Shown here: one piece after another, positions 50,585 to 58,823 of the stretch
Numbering within the stretch: position 1 is the stretch's first letter
Layout: the number at the start of each line of letters is the position of its first letter
Assembly (NCBI GenBank): GCA_965197425.1
Contig: CBDANC010000012.1
Location: forward strand, 1 to 64,000
Source: Bdellovibrionales bacterium
Lineage (GTDB): Bacteria > Bdellovibrionota > Bdellovibrionia > Bdellovibrionales > JAUICD01
DNA length: 64,000 nt
Reading direction: 5' to 3'
The notes under the pieces: generated by a model
What the model was told of the DNA's origin: nothing
The model's input: only the letters and a program-made list of their open reading frames with translations
Database searches by the model: none
Position numbers and translations under genes: made by a program

Positions 50585-51160
50585 TTACAGATTTGACTCC
50601 ACAAATTTCCAGTTAACAAGACCCCAAAACGCGTCTATGTATTTGGGCCTGGCATTTCTATAATCTATATAATAGGCGTGTTCCCAAACATCACAGGTAA
50701 GAAGTGGAATGTCATCTCCTGTAATTGGTGTTTTTGCATCAGGAGTGGAAGTCACTTTGAGTTTTCCTTTATTATCTTTAACAAGCCAAGCCCAGCCTGA
50801 GCCAAAAGCAGTAGCGGCGGTCTTTGTAAATAAAGTTTTGAACTCATCAAAAGAACCAAAGTCTGTTTTGATTTTTTCTAAAAGGTCACCTTTAGGTTCC
50901 TTTCCTCCATCAGGACTTAAGCAATTCCAATAAAAAGTATGATTCCAAACTTGAGCTGCGTTATTAAATATCCCACCATCAGATGAACGAATAATATCTA
51001 CAATTTGTTTGTCATCATCAGGGGTATCCTTTATGGCAGCATTAAGCTTATCGACATATGCTTTGTGATGTTTTCCATAGTGATATCCTATGGTCTCCTC
51101 TGAAATATAAGGACTAAGACTTCCAGGATCAAATGGTAAATCTGGTAATGTTACAGACAT
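50585..51160 (-). CDS. sodB: Fe/Mn superoxide dismutase (Fe-type-like)
   Basis: HYGKHH, FNNAAQVWNH, FGSGWAW, DVWEHAYY. Confidence 0.92.
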   Translation of the reverse strand: MSVTLPDLPFDPGSLSPYISEETIGYHYGKHHKAYVDKLNAAIKDTPDDDKQIVDIIRSSDGGIFNNAAQVWNHTFYWNCLSPDGGKEPKGDLLEKIKTDFGSFDEFKTLFTKTAATAFGSGWAWLVKDNKGKLKVTSTPDAKTPITGDDIPLLTCDVWEHAYYIDYRNARPKYIDAFWGLVNWKFVESNL

Positions 51161-51178
51161 TTTAACCTCCTTAAAATG

Positions 51179-51463
51179 CTAATAATCAGGCCCCTCAGGC
51201 CCCCATGTGTTACAAGACTCGGTATTGAATACCAGAGGCGATGACTCTAATACAGATTTAAATAAAAATCGTATATCAGACCATGCTTCTTTTTTAATCA
51301 TATCTATGGGTACTCTTACTACAAATCTTCCCTTTGTAAATAGCAAAATATTATTATCCACCATAATTTCTAAATTATAATCCTTAAGATTCAGGCTATC
51401 TATCACCCTCTGGGCCATTTCAACCTGAATATCGTTTAATTTTTTGTCTACTACTATGCCCAT
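51179..51463 (-). CDS. Hypothetical protein
   Basis: 94-aa ORF directly upstream of sodB on the same strand. Confidence 0.6.
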   Translation of the reverse strand: MGIVVDKKLNDIQVEMAQRVIDSLNLKDYNLEIMVDNNILLFTKGRFVVRVPIDMIKKEAWSDIRFLFKSVLESSPLVFNTESCNTWGPEGPDY

Positions 51464-51509
51464 AAAACCCTAGATTTGATAACACCTGTAGACCAAATTA
51501 GCAATACCA

Positions 51510-51683
51510 AAGGTCTTCCAACGAGGCCAATAAAGTGAACTTGTTTGCTTTTTGATTGAGGATGAGCCTAATGAGGCAAACAAGGGAAGCTTTGCTTTCC
51601 TTGGTTCAATTGGCTCACGGGATAAACCTTTATATTATCCAATTGAAATAACCTCCCTGACGGTCGGTTTTTGTTTAATGGCT
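51510..51683 (-). repeat. Tandem repeat mosaic: partial frame A with C1 (51510-51560) plus frame B with C4-C5-C2 (51561-51683)
   Basis: AAGGTCTTCC end; TTGGTTCAATTGGCTCACGGGATAAACCTTTATATTATCCAATTG is shared with the copy at 13676-13807. Confidence 0.88.
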
Positions 51684-51760
51684 GTTTCAGCTAAGGCATT
51701 GCCCTTTTAAGCTTTCTAGCGTACAATTCGTCTTATAAAAGAACATAAAAAAGGCTACTT

Positions 51761-51931
51761 ATGAAAATACTAGATTTTTTGTTTGGCAAAAAACCCAAAA
51801 TAACCTTTAAACCTGACGGCACAGTTGTACACAAACATAAAAAGGAATATTGGGAAAAATGGAACAACAGATTTCACACACCAGAATATGACTGGAGAAA
51901 CCACTCTGGTCTTAAGAAAATACCAAAGTAA
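51761..51931 (+). CDS. Small hypothetical protein, 56 aa (absent from ORF track)
   Basis: Manual translation MKILDFLFGKKPKITFKPDGTVVHKHKKEYWEKWNNRFHTPEYDWRNHSGLKKIPK; AAGG RBS. Confidence 0.65.
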   Translation: MKILDFLFGKKPKITFKPDGTVVHKHKKEYWEKWNNRFHTPEYDWRNHSGLKKIPK

Positions 51932-51937
51932 TACTTA

Positions 51938-52029
51938 AAGGTGAGCCTAATGAGGCTAATAAGATGGATTGGTGAGACATAGCACGAAGTGCAAGTGAAA
52001 CCAAAACATCTTTTAGCCAAATGGCTCTT
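51938..52029 (-). repeat. Modular hairpin repeat, frame B with cargo C3
   Basis: AAGGTGAGCCTAATGAGGCTAA...TTAGCCAAATGGCTC. Confidence 0.88.
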
Positions 52030-52129
52030 TCGAAAACAGATCTCCGTAAACCTCATGTTTTGTCGATAAACCAGAGGTAGAAATAATATCATGTTTCCCG
52101 CGTCTTTCTCACGACCGATCCCGTTTCAC

Positions 52130-52290
52130 AAGGTCTTCCTAACAAGGATAAAAACAAGTGGACTTGTTTACATCAAGGTCTTCTAAGCTAGGACAATAAG
52201 GTGAACTTGTTTGCCTTTTGGCCTAGCGGGTTGCCCAGCTTTGTAGGTTTAATACAACTCCAGTTAGTTTCACTGAATGGTTGCCCAGCT
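52130..52290 (-). repeat. Nested frame A repeat, inverted near-identical partner of 48223-48384
   Basis: Reverse complement of 52130-52270 matches 48244-48384 with 5 mismatches by manual comparison. Confidence 0.92.
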
Positions 52291-52299
52291 TAACATGCC

Positions 52300-52650
52300 T
52301 CATACAACTTTGCCCGCTAACTCAGTAAGCATTCTAATAGGTCTATACCATTTAAACTGATTAATGTAGTTGACCTCAAATTTTACTTCGTTACTCTCCT
52401 CAATCTTGTTGCTTCCACACATTATTGCGTGCTTAATCCAAGCTGGAGTACGATAGCAAAGCCTAACACTACCTACATGTTTGTTATTTTTTAAAACAAG
52501 ATTTTGTGTATACACTCTGTTATCACTAAGAGTAATATTGACCACTAATCTTTCAGTTGGATGAAGACTAACTCCCTCAACTTCTAACTCAACTACTATG
52601 GATTCTCCCTTAAATTTGGTTGAGTCTATAAATAACGGATTGTTTTTCAC
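52300..52650 (-). CDS. Hypothetical protein coupled to parA-like gene
   Basis: GTGA start/stop overlap with the upstream ParA ORF. Confidence 0.6.
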   Translation of the reverse strand: MKNNPLFIDSTKFKGESIVVELEVEGVSLHPTERLVVNITLSDNRVYTQNLVLKNNKHVGSVRLCYRTPAWIKHAIMCGSNKIEESNEVKFEVNYINQFKWYRPIRMLTELAGKVV

Positions 52651-53390
52651 TTAATCAATTCCTCAGAAAGCTCATTGTAAGCTTTGGCAGCTTTGTTGGA
52701 TGGTGAGTAGTCTATAATGGGTAAATGTGCATGGTGGGCTTCCTCCACAGCAATAGCATCTGGAATGTAATCTTCAAATATTTTTATACCATAACTGTCT
52801 CTTATTTGAGAAATCACTTGAGTTGCAATCTTCCTGCGTTTATATCTGGTAATTACAATTCCCTTAACATCAATCTTGTGACCAAGCCCTGTCTTTAAGT
52901 TGTTGATAGTCTGTAAGATTAAATCAATTCCCTTAGCAGAAAAGTATTCAGGACAAATTGGAATAATAATCTCTTTAGATGCCATCAAGGCATTGACTGT
53001 TATTAAACCAAGACTCGGAGGACAATCTATTATAATAGCGTCATAACGCCTCTTTATTGGATCCAACTTTTTTTTCAAAAGTCTCTCCCTTCCAAAATGA
53101 GTTGCAATTTGAATGTCCAAGCCAGATAACATAATTTCAGAGGGAATCACATCAAACCCAAATTTTTCAGACTTCACAATGGCCTGATCAACCGATAGCT
53201 TGTTAACTAAGACATCATAGATAGTATGATCAAACTCCTGATCACCGAACACAGCTTTAGTTGCAGAAGACTGAGGGTCTAAGTCAATCATCAATACTTT
53301 TAAGTTTTTCTTAGCCCAAACCGCAGCGACATTAACAGTAGTAGTGGTCTTAGCCACACCACCTTTTTGATTTATAACCGAAAAAATCAT
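52647..53390 (-). CDS. ParA/Soj-family ATPase (no adjacent parB)
   Basis: NQKGGVAKTTT, IDLDPQ, IIDCPPSLG. Confidence 0.9.
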   Translation of the reverse strand: MIFSVINQKGGVAKTTTTVNVAAVWAKKNLKVLMIDLDPQSSATKAVFGDQEFDHTIYDVLVNKLSVDQAIVKSEKFGFDVIPSEIMLSGLDIQIATHFGRERLLKKKLDPIKRRYDAIIIDCPPSLGLITVNALMASKEIIIPICPEYFSAKGIDLILQTINNLKTGLGHKIDVKGIVITRYKRRKIATQVISQIRDSYGIKIFEDYIPDAIAVEEAHHAHLPIIDYSPSNKAAKAYNELSEELIK

Positions 53391-53637
53391 ATACCACCCA
53401 CAAAACAATTACAGTCAAAGTTACAGGCCCTAAGACCTAGCCTGAGCTTTGCAGTAAACAAGCCCAAATTAATCAACCCGGTCTGTAACTTATTTTAAAA
53501 CAGCTATAAATGTTATTCTATATAAATCGATACAGCAATATTTAACGCTACCATGCTGTACCCATATGCAGTAAACCTACCCTCTAGTCTTGAAATTATA
53601 AAAAAAGATAAGTTGTATAAAATCTTAATTATAGTGA

Positions 53638-53884
53638 AAGGTCTTCCTAGCGAGGTCAACAAGATGGATTGGTGAAACACAACACGAAGTGCAAGTGAAA
53701 CCAAAACATCTTTTGACCGAGTGGATGCCCAGTTCAAAGATAAGCCTAACGAGACCAAATAAATGGACTGGTGCAACGAGTGTACAAAGTACAAGTGAAA
53801 CCAGAACATTTTTTGGCCAAGTGGCTCCTTCCCGGTGGACCTCACAGCCAATACCCTACCACTACACATGTCATCAAACTCATC
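53638..53884 (-). repeat. Tandem frame A+C3 (53638-53733) and frame B+C3 (53737-53830) with shared flank module (53863-53884)
   Basis: Both end types visible; TACACATGTCATCAAACTCATC is identical to 12783-12804. Confidence 0.9.
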
Positions 53885-53901
53885 CCATATGTTATATACT
53901 T

Positions 53902-54726
53902 CTATTCACCTTTTTTTCTAACAGACTCTACAATTTTATAAATTTCCGAAGTGCTTAGCTTGCTTTTTTGTCTTAACTCTTTTGCTAATATTTTAGTTGA
54001 CCTGTTATCTTCCAAGGCTATTTGTTTTATTTGGGATAAATCAATAATACTACTGGGCTTTGAATAAATTAATACAAACTCACCTTTGATAGCTTTGTTT
54101 TCAAAATGAAGTATAATTTCACTTACAGTACCTACAATTTTTTCTTCGTACTGTTTGGTAAGTTCTCTTGCTACAAAAAGTTTTCTATTACTAAAATATT
54201 TTTTAGCTGAGTTTAAATGTTTCAAAAGCCTATGAGGAGCTTCAAATGCAACAATTAAACTAGGTAGCATTTTTATGCTTTCAAAAAATTTATTCCTTTT
54301 AGCATCCTGATTTGGAGCAAAGCCGGTAAAATAAAAATCCTCTACTAGAAAAGGGCATACAGATAAAGCAGCAGTAATGCTAGATGGACCAGGACACACT
54401 TTAACAGGAATGCCTTCGTTGTAACACAAGCTTACTATCTTAAATCCAGGATCACTAATCATAGGAGTTCCAGCATCAGATACCAACGCAACTGACTGAC
54501 CATCCTTTAATGCCTTTAGAATAATATTAGCTTTTTTAATTTCATTATCCTTGTAATATGAAATTAATTTCTTATACTTGATACCAATACTGTTGGAAAA
54601 AGCTTTAAATATTCTAGTATCTTCAGCAGCTACAATATCTGCATTTTTCAGTGTTTCTGTTGCATTTGTAGTAATATCTGACTTGTTTCCTATGGGGAGA
54701 GATATCAAATACAGGGCGCATTTCAT
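53902..54726 (-). CDS. rsmI: 16S rRNA (C1402) 2'-O-methyltransferase
   Basis: PIGN, AAEDTR, LVSDAGTPMISDPG, FEAPHRL, ARELTK, KGE. Confidence 0.93.
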   Translation of the reverse strand: MKCALYLISLPIGNKSDITTNATETLKNADIVAAEDTRIFKAFSNSIGIKYKKLISYYKDNEIKKANIILKALKDGQSVALVSDAGTPMISDPGFKIVSLCYNEGIPVKVCPGPSSITAALSVCPFLVEDFYFTGFAPNQDAKRNKFFESIKMLPSLIVAFEAPHRLLKHLNSAKKYFSNRKLFVARELTKQYEEKIVGTVSEIILHFENKAIKGEFVLIYSKPSSIIDLSQIKQIALEDNRSTKILAKELRQKSKLSTSEIYKIVESVRKKGE

Positions 54727-54785
54727 AGGTCCAGGTTTGTATCAAAGGCTAGAGTGATTATGCAATATGTATTAGGATTATAGTT

Positions 54786-55082
54786 ATGAAAATTGACATT
54801 AATACAAACTCTGATGCTGTAGTAATGTCGTTTGCTGGCTTTTTAGATTTTGAGTCTGTGGGCCAGTTCTCAGAGGCGATGAGCAGGCTTGAGCTTAGCA
54901 AAAAACTAGTGTTTGATTTTAGAGACCTAGAATTCGTAGGCTCTTCTGGAATAACAAGCTTCATTGATACAATAGACAAATTTTATCAAAAACATGAAGG
55001 GCAAATTAGACTTGCCGGAGTAGGCAGCGACTTTAAAAAAATTATCGAACGATACGACTGTTCCAGATCTATTGAAGAATAA
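54786..55082 (+). CDS. STAS-domain protein (anti-sigma-factor antagonist-like)
   Basis: VFDFRDLEFVGSSG motif. Confidence 0.8.
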   Translation: MKIDINTNSDAVVMSFAGFLDFESVGQFSEAMSRLELSKKLVFDFRDLEFVGSSGITSFIDTIDKFYQKHEGQIRLAGVGSDFKKIIERYDCSRSIEE

Positions 55083-55107
55083 TATGTCTCAAAACCCAAC
55101 ACTGATT

Positions 55108-55148
55108 GAATCAAGCCAATAAATCGGCTCTACTGGTATATTTTGGCA
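55108..55148 (-). repeat. Degenerate remnant of the modular repeat
   Basis: GAATCAAGCCAATAA matches the 12685 copy; GCCAA...TTGGC stem retained. Confidence 0.45.
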
Positions 55149-55160
55149 GATTATCTGAGT

Positions 55161-55730
55161 TTATACGCTTTTAAGATTAAAGATGCTGTCCACAGTTTTA
55201 GTCATTTCACTTTCTGAAGTCCGTTTTGCCAAAGCCATCTCTTTTATCAAAAGATTATGTGCTTGGTCTAACATCTTTCTTTCACCAAAACTAAGCTCCT
55301 TATCGCTGGATAAGTGAAATAAACCTCTAAGCACTTTTGCTATTTCATAGATACTTCCAGTTTTGATTTTATCCATGTACCCTCTATGCCTTCTATTCCA
55401 AGTAAGCTGGACGGTGCTTTTGAGACCTGATTCTGCAGGCTTTTTTAAAAGACCCAATACATTTTCTACTTCATCGTTGCTTATAAGATGCCGTATTCCA
55501 ACTTTGTTTATATTCTGCTGAGGAACACTAATAATCATACCCCCATCCAAAATCTTAAGTGAGTAAAACTGATTGGGCTCGCCCATTATCTCTTTTGTCT
55601 CTATAGAACGTATCTGCCCTACCCCATGACCTGGGTAAACCACATAGTCTCCTACCTTAAAATGCAAGCTTTTGTCACATGTCATCTTCTCTAAATCCGT
55701 CATCTTTCCTAAATCCCTAGTTAATTTCAT
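55161..55730 (-). CDS. carD: CarD-family transcriptional regulator
   Basis: FKVGDYVVYPGHGVG, TWNRR, LSFGERKML; exact start uncertain. Confidence 0.9.
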   Translation of the reverse strand: MKLTRDLGKMTDLEKMTCDKSLHFKVGDYVVYPGHGVGQIRSIETKEIMGEPNQFYSLKILDGGMIISVPQQNINKVGIRHLISNDEVENVLGLLKKPAESGLKSTVQLTWNRRHRGYMDKIKTGSIYEIAKVLRGLFHLSSDKELSFGERKMLDQAHNLLIKEMALAKRTSESEMTKTVDSIFNLKSV

Positions 55731-55958
55731 TAAGATCCCCTAAACATACCTCTAACAACACACCTTTGGTCAATATCCCACTTCTAAAAACAAGCCTATT
55801 TTCAGTAAGGTATTGATATAATCTAAAGCAAAGTTTTATAACCAACCTCTCTAGTGTACCATTATATGTTGGGTTGATCAAACGATCTGACCGTGATAGT
55901 CTCTGCTGCAAGCTTATTTTATTCACTGTAAGAAGATATTACAAAGGGAAATTCAGCC

Positions 55959-57350
55959 TTGACACACCCTAAAGATCCACCTGTTTCTAGGGTAAGATTT
56001 GCTCCAAGTCCTACAGGCAGCTTACACATTGGCGGGGCCAGAACGGCGCTGTTTTGTAAGCTCTTTTCCAAAAAGACCAATGGGACATTTATTTTAAGAG
56101 TTGAAGATACAGATTTGGAGCGCTCCAGCAAAAAATTCCTCAAAACGCAGATTCAAGACTTAAAATGGCTTGGGATTGACTGGGATGAAGGCCCTTTTAT
56201 GCAAAGTGAAAGGCTAGAAATATACAAAAAATATGCTCAAACCTTACTCTTACAAAAAAAAGCTTTTTACTGTTTTTGTAAAGCAGATTTAAAACCAAAT
56301 TGCGACAAAATATGCCTTAACCTTACCGAAACTCAAATTGCAGAACAGATTAAAACCAACTTCCCTACTATAAGATTTAAAAATTCAATCAAAAAAACAT
56401 ATATACTAAACGATCTCATAAGAAAAAAAGTAAGCCTTCCTTGGAACATGGTAGGTCATTTTGTACTAGTTAGATCAAATGGCTTGCCGGTCTATAATTT
56501 TGCATGTGTCATAGATGATTATTTGATGAACATTACACATGTTTTGAGATCTGAAGAACATCTTTCAAATACCCTGAGGCAATTAATGCTCTATGAAGCC
56601 TTTGAATGGGAAAAACCCAAGTTTGCACATTTATCCATGATACTAGATAAAGACAAAAAAAAATTAAGCAAAAGATCCGGTGCCTGTGCCTGTGGGGAGT
56701 ATAAAGAGCAAGGTTTTTTGCCCGAGGCTTTAGTAAACTATTTGGCCCTTTTAGGGTGGAGTCACCCAGAAGAAAAAGACATATTCGACATAAAAGAAGT
56801 TATTGACAATTTTTATTTAGAAAAATTGACTCCAAGCCCAGCAGTATTTGATGAAAATAAGCTTAGATGGATTAACTCCAAATATTTAAGGAAAATGGAC
56901 AAAGAAAAACTAGTCTTACTTTTAAAAGACTCCATACATCTAAAAGAGGCAGATATCATAAAACCACTAGATATCTTTCTAAACTATTCTGAAACTTTAA
57001 ATGACTTAAAAGATATGTATAATTTGCTAGATGACAAAAAGTTCAAACTAACCAAAGAAGCCAACGAAACGCTTTTGTGGGAAAAATCAAAAGAAATACT
57101 AATTAACTGGAAAAATGCTATAGAAACTAAAAGCTCAATTGATGAGGAAGCTATACATCTAATCCAAAATGAGTTAAAAAAGAAGCTTTCAGTTAAAGGT
57201 AAGGAGCTGTTTATGCCTATTAGAGTTGCTGTTTTAGGAAAAGCCAGTGGTATAGAACTTAAAAAAATTGCCCCTATACTAAGTAAAAAGTCCTTACTTT
57301 TTAGAGCAAATTTTTGTATTGAAAGCATACAAAATACCAAACATCCATAG
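55959..57350 (+). CDS. gltX: Glutamate--tRNA ligase
   Basis: RFAPSPTG, HIGG, RVEDTD, KLSKR. Confidence 0.95.
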   Translation: MTHPKDPPVSRVRFAPSPTGSLHIGGARTALFCKLFSKKTNGTFILRVEDTDLERSSKKFLKTQIQDLKWLGIDWDEGPFMQSERLEIYKKYAQTLLLQKKAFYCFCKADLKPNCDKICLNLTETQIAEQIKTNFPTIRFKNSIKKTYILNDLIRKKVSLPWNMVGHFVLVRSNGLPVYNFACVIDDYLMNITHVLRSEEHLSNTLRQLMLYEAFEWEKPKFAHLSMILDKDKKKLSKRSGACACGEYKEQGFLPEALVNYLALLGWSHPEEKDIFDIKEVIDNFYLEKLTPSPAVFDENKLRWINSKYLRKMDKEKLVLLLKDSIHLKEADIIKPLDIFLNYSETLNDLKDMYNLLDDKKFKLTKEANETLLWEKSKEILINWKNAIETKSSIDEEAIHLIQNELKKKLSVKGKELFMPIRVAVLGKASGIELKKIAPILSKKSLLFRANFCIESIQNTKHP

Positions 57351-57359
57351 TAAGATCCT

Positions 57360-58823
57360 ATGCTAAAAATATACAACACAAAATCTAGAACAAAAGAAAC
57401 TTTCCAGAGCATAAACCCAAAAGAGGTTAATATATATGTCTGTGGACCTACAGTGTACGATCTACTACATATAGGAAACTTTAGAGGAGCTATCTTTTTT
57501 AATCTTGTTAGAAATCACTTAGAAAACCTAGATTATGAAGTAAAATACATTTATAACTACACAGACATAGAAGATAAAATAATAAAAAAAGCCTTAGAAA
57601 AAAATGCAAACACACAAGATATATCACATCACTACATTAAAGAATTCGAACAAGATTATAAAACTCTTAAAATAAGAAAACCAACCCATACGCCAAGAGC
57701 CACATCTTATATTAAAGAAATGATTGATCTCATAGAGAAGCTTATTAAAAATAAAAAAGCTTATGTAACCAACACAGGAGATGTGTTGTATTCAGTATCA
57801 GACTTTAAAAACTACGGAAAGTTATCAGGAAAAGATCTAAAAACACTAGAAGAAGGTCATAGAGATATTGATGTCAGAGTGCAGAAAAAAAATCCTTTAG
57901 ATTTTGTGCTATGGAAAATGGCCAAGAAAGACGAGCCTTTTTGGGAATCTCCTTGGGGAAACGGTAGACCTGGTTGGCATATTGAGTGTTCGGTTATGAG
58001 TACTGAAATGCTGCCATCAGGAATTGATATACACGGAGGAGGAATTGATTTAATTTTTCCTCATCATGAAAATGAAATAGCTCAAAGTGAAGGCGGATAT
58101 AAAAAACAATTTGTAAAATACTGGATGCATAATAACTTTATTAGCTTCAAATCAGAAAAAATGAGCAAATCTCTAGGAAATATAATTCTCGCTAGAACTT
58201 TTATGGAAAAATACGACGCTGAAGTTTTCAAATATATTATTCTTTCTTCACACTATAGATCTCATAGTAGCCTTTCAACTTCTCAAATACAAAATGCAAT
58301 AGCAGCACTTGCCAGAATTTATTCCAGCTTGGCTATTGCAGAAAAAATACTGTCTAAAAAAATAGATCTAGAAAACACTAACAACAAATTCTCTAAAATA
58401 ATAGAAACTGAAAACAAAAAAGCTTTAGATGCATTAAATGACGACTTTAATACACCATTATATTTTTCCTCTATATTTAATGTGGTAAGAGAATTTAATA
58501 AATATTATAAGATAGGCCAAAAGGTAACACCCGAATTAGCATCTATAGCCAATTTATTTTATACATTTATAAAATGTAAATCGAAAACCCTAAACTTGCT
58601 AGAACAAACACCAGCAGAGTCATTTTTAAAAAAATTAGATGATTTATTGTTAGATGCTAAAAATATAAAAAGAGAAGAAATAGATAAATTGGTAAACGAA
58701 AGAACACAGACTAGAAAAAACAAAGACTACAAAAAAAGTGATTTGTTAAGAAAAAATTTGATGGGCTTAGGAATTGAGTTACATGATACAAAGGATGAAA
58801 CATTTTGGGAAGTGAAAAAGTAA
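57360..58823 (+). CDS. cysS: Cysteine--tRNA ligase
   Basis: YVCGPTVY, HIGN, GRPGWHIECS, KMSKS. Confidence 0.96.
   Translation: MLKIYNTKSRTKETFQSINPKEVNIYVCGPTVYDLLHIGNFRGAIFFNLVRNHLENLDYEVKYIYNYTDIEDKIIKKALEKNANTQDISHHYIKEFEQDYKTLKIRKPTHTPRATSYIKEMIDLIEKLIKNKKAYVTNTGDVLYSVSDFKNYGKLSGKDLKTLEEGHRDIDVRVQKKNPLDFVLWKMAKKDEPFWESPWGNGRPGWHIECSVMSTEMLPSGIDIHGGGIDLIFPHHENEIAQSEGGYKKQFVKYWMHNNFISFKSEKMSKSLGNIILARTFMEKYDAEVFKYIILSSHYRSHSSLSTSQIQNAIAALARIYSSLAIAEKILSKKIDLENTNNKFSKIIETENKKALDALNDDFNTPLYFSSIFNVVREFNKYYKIGQKVTPELASIANLFYTFIKCKSKTLNLLEQTPAESFLKKLDDLLLDAKNIKREEIDKLVNERTQTRKNKDYKKSDLLRKNLMGLGIELHDTKDETFWEVKK

Noticed and set aside
51874..52092. 72-aa minus-strand ORF or possible transposase remnant
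   Set aside because: It runs through a repeat and the 56-aa gene; no transposase motif is recognisable
3608..53830. Repeats as integron attC sites or simple rho-independent terminators
   Set aside because: No consistent RYYYAAC/GTTRRRY core, no integron integrase and no cassette array; copies lack a consistent U-tract and also occur between divergent genes
53513..53958. Overlapping ORFs of 118 aa (-) and 89 aa (+)
   Set aside because: They span repeat elements and show no domain or RBS support
55717..55958. Short ORF or structured RNA between carD and gltX
   Set aside because: Only a weak hairpin is visible, with no recognisable family; probably a divergent promoter region
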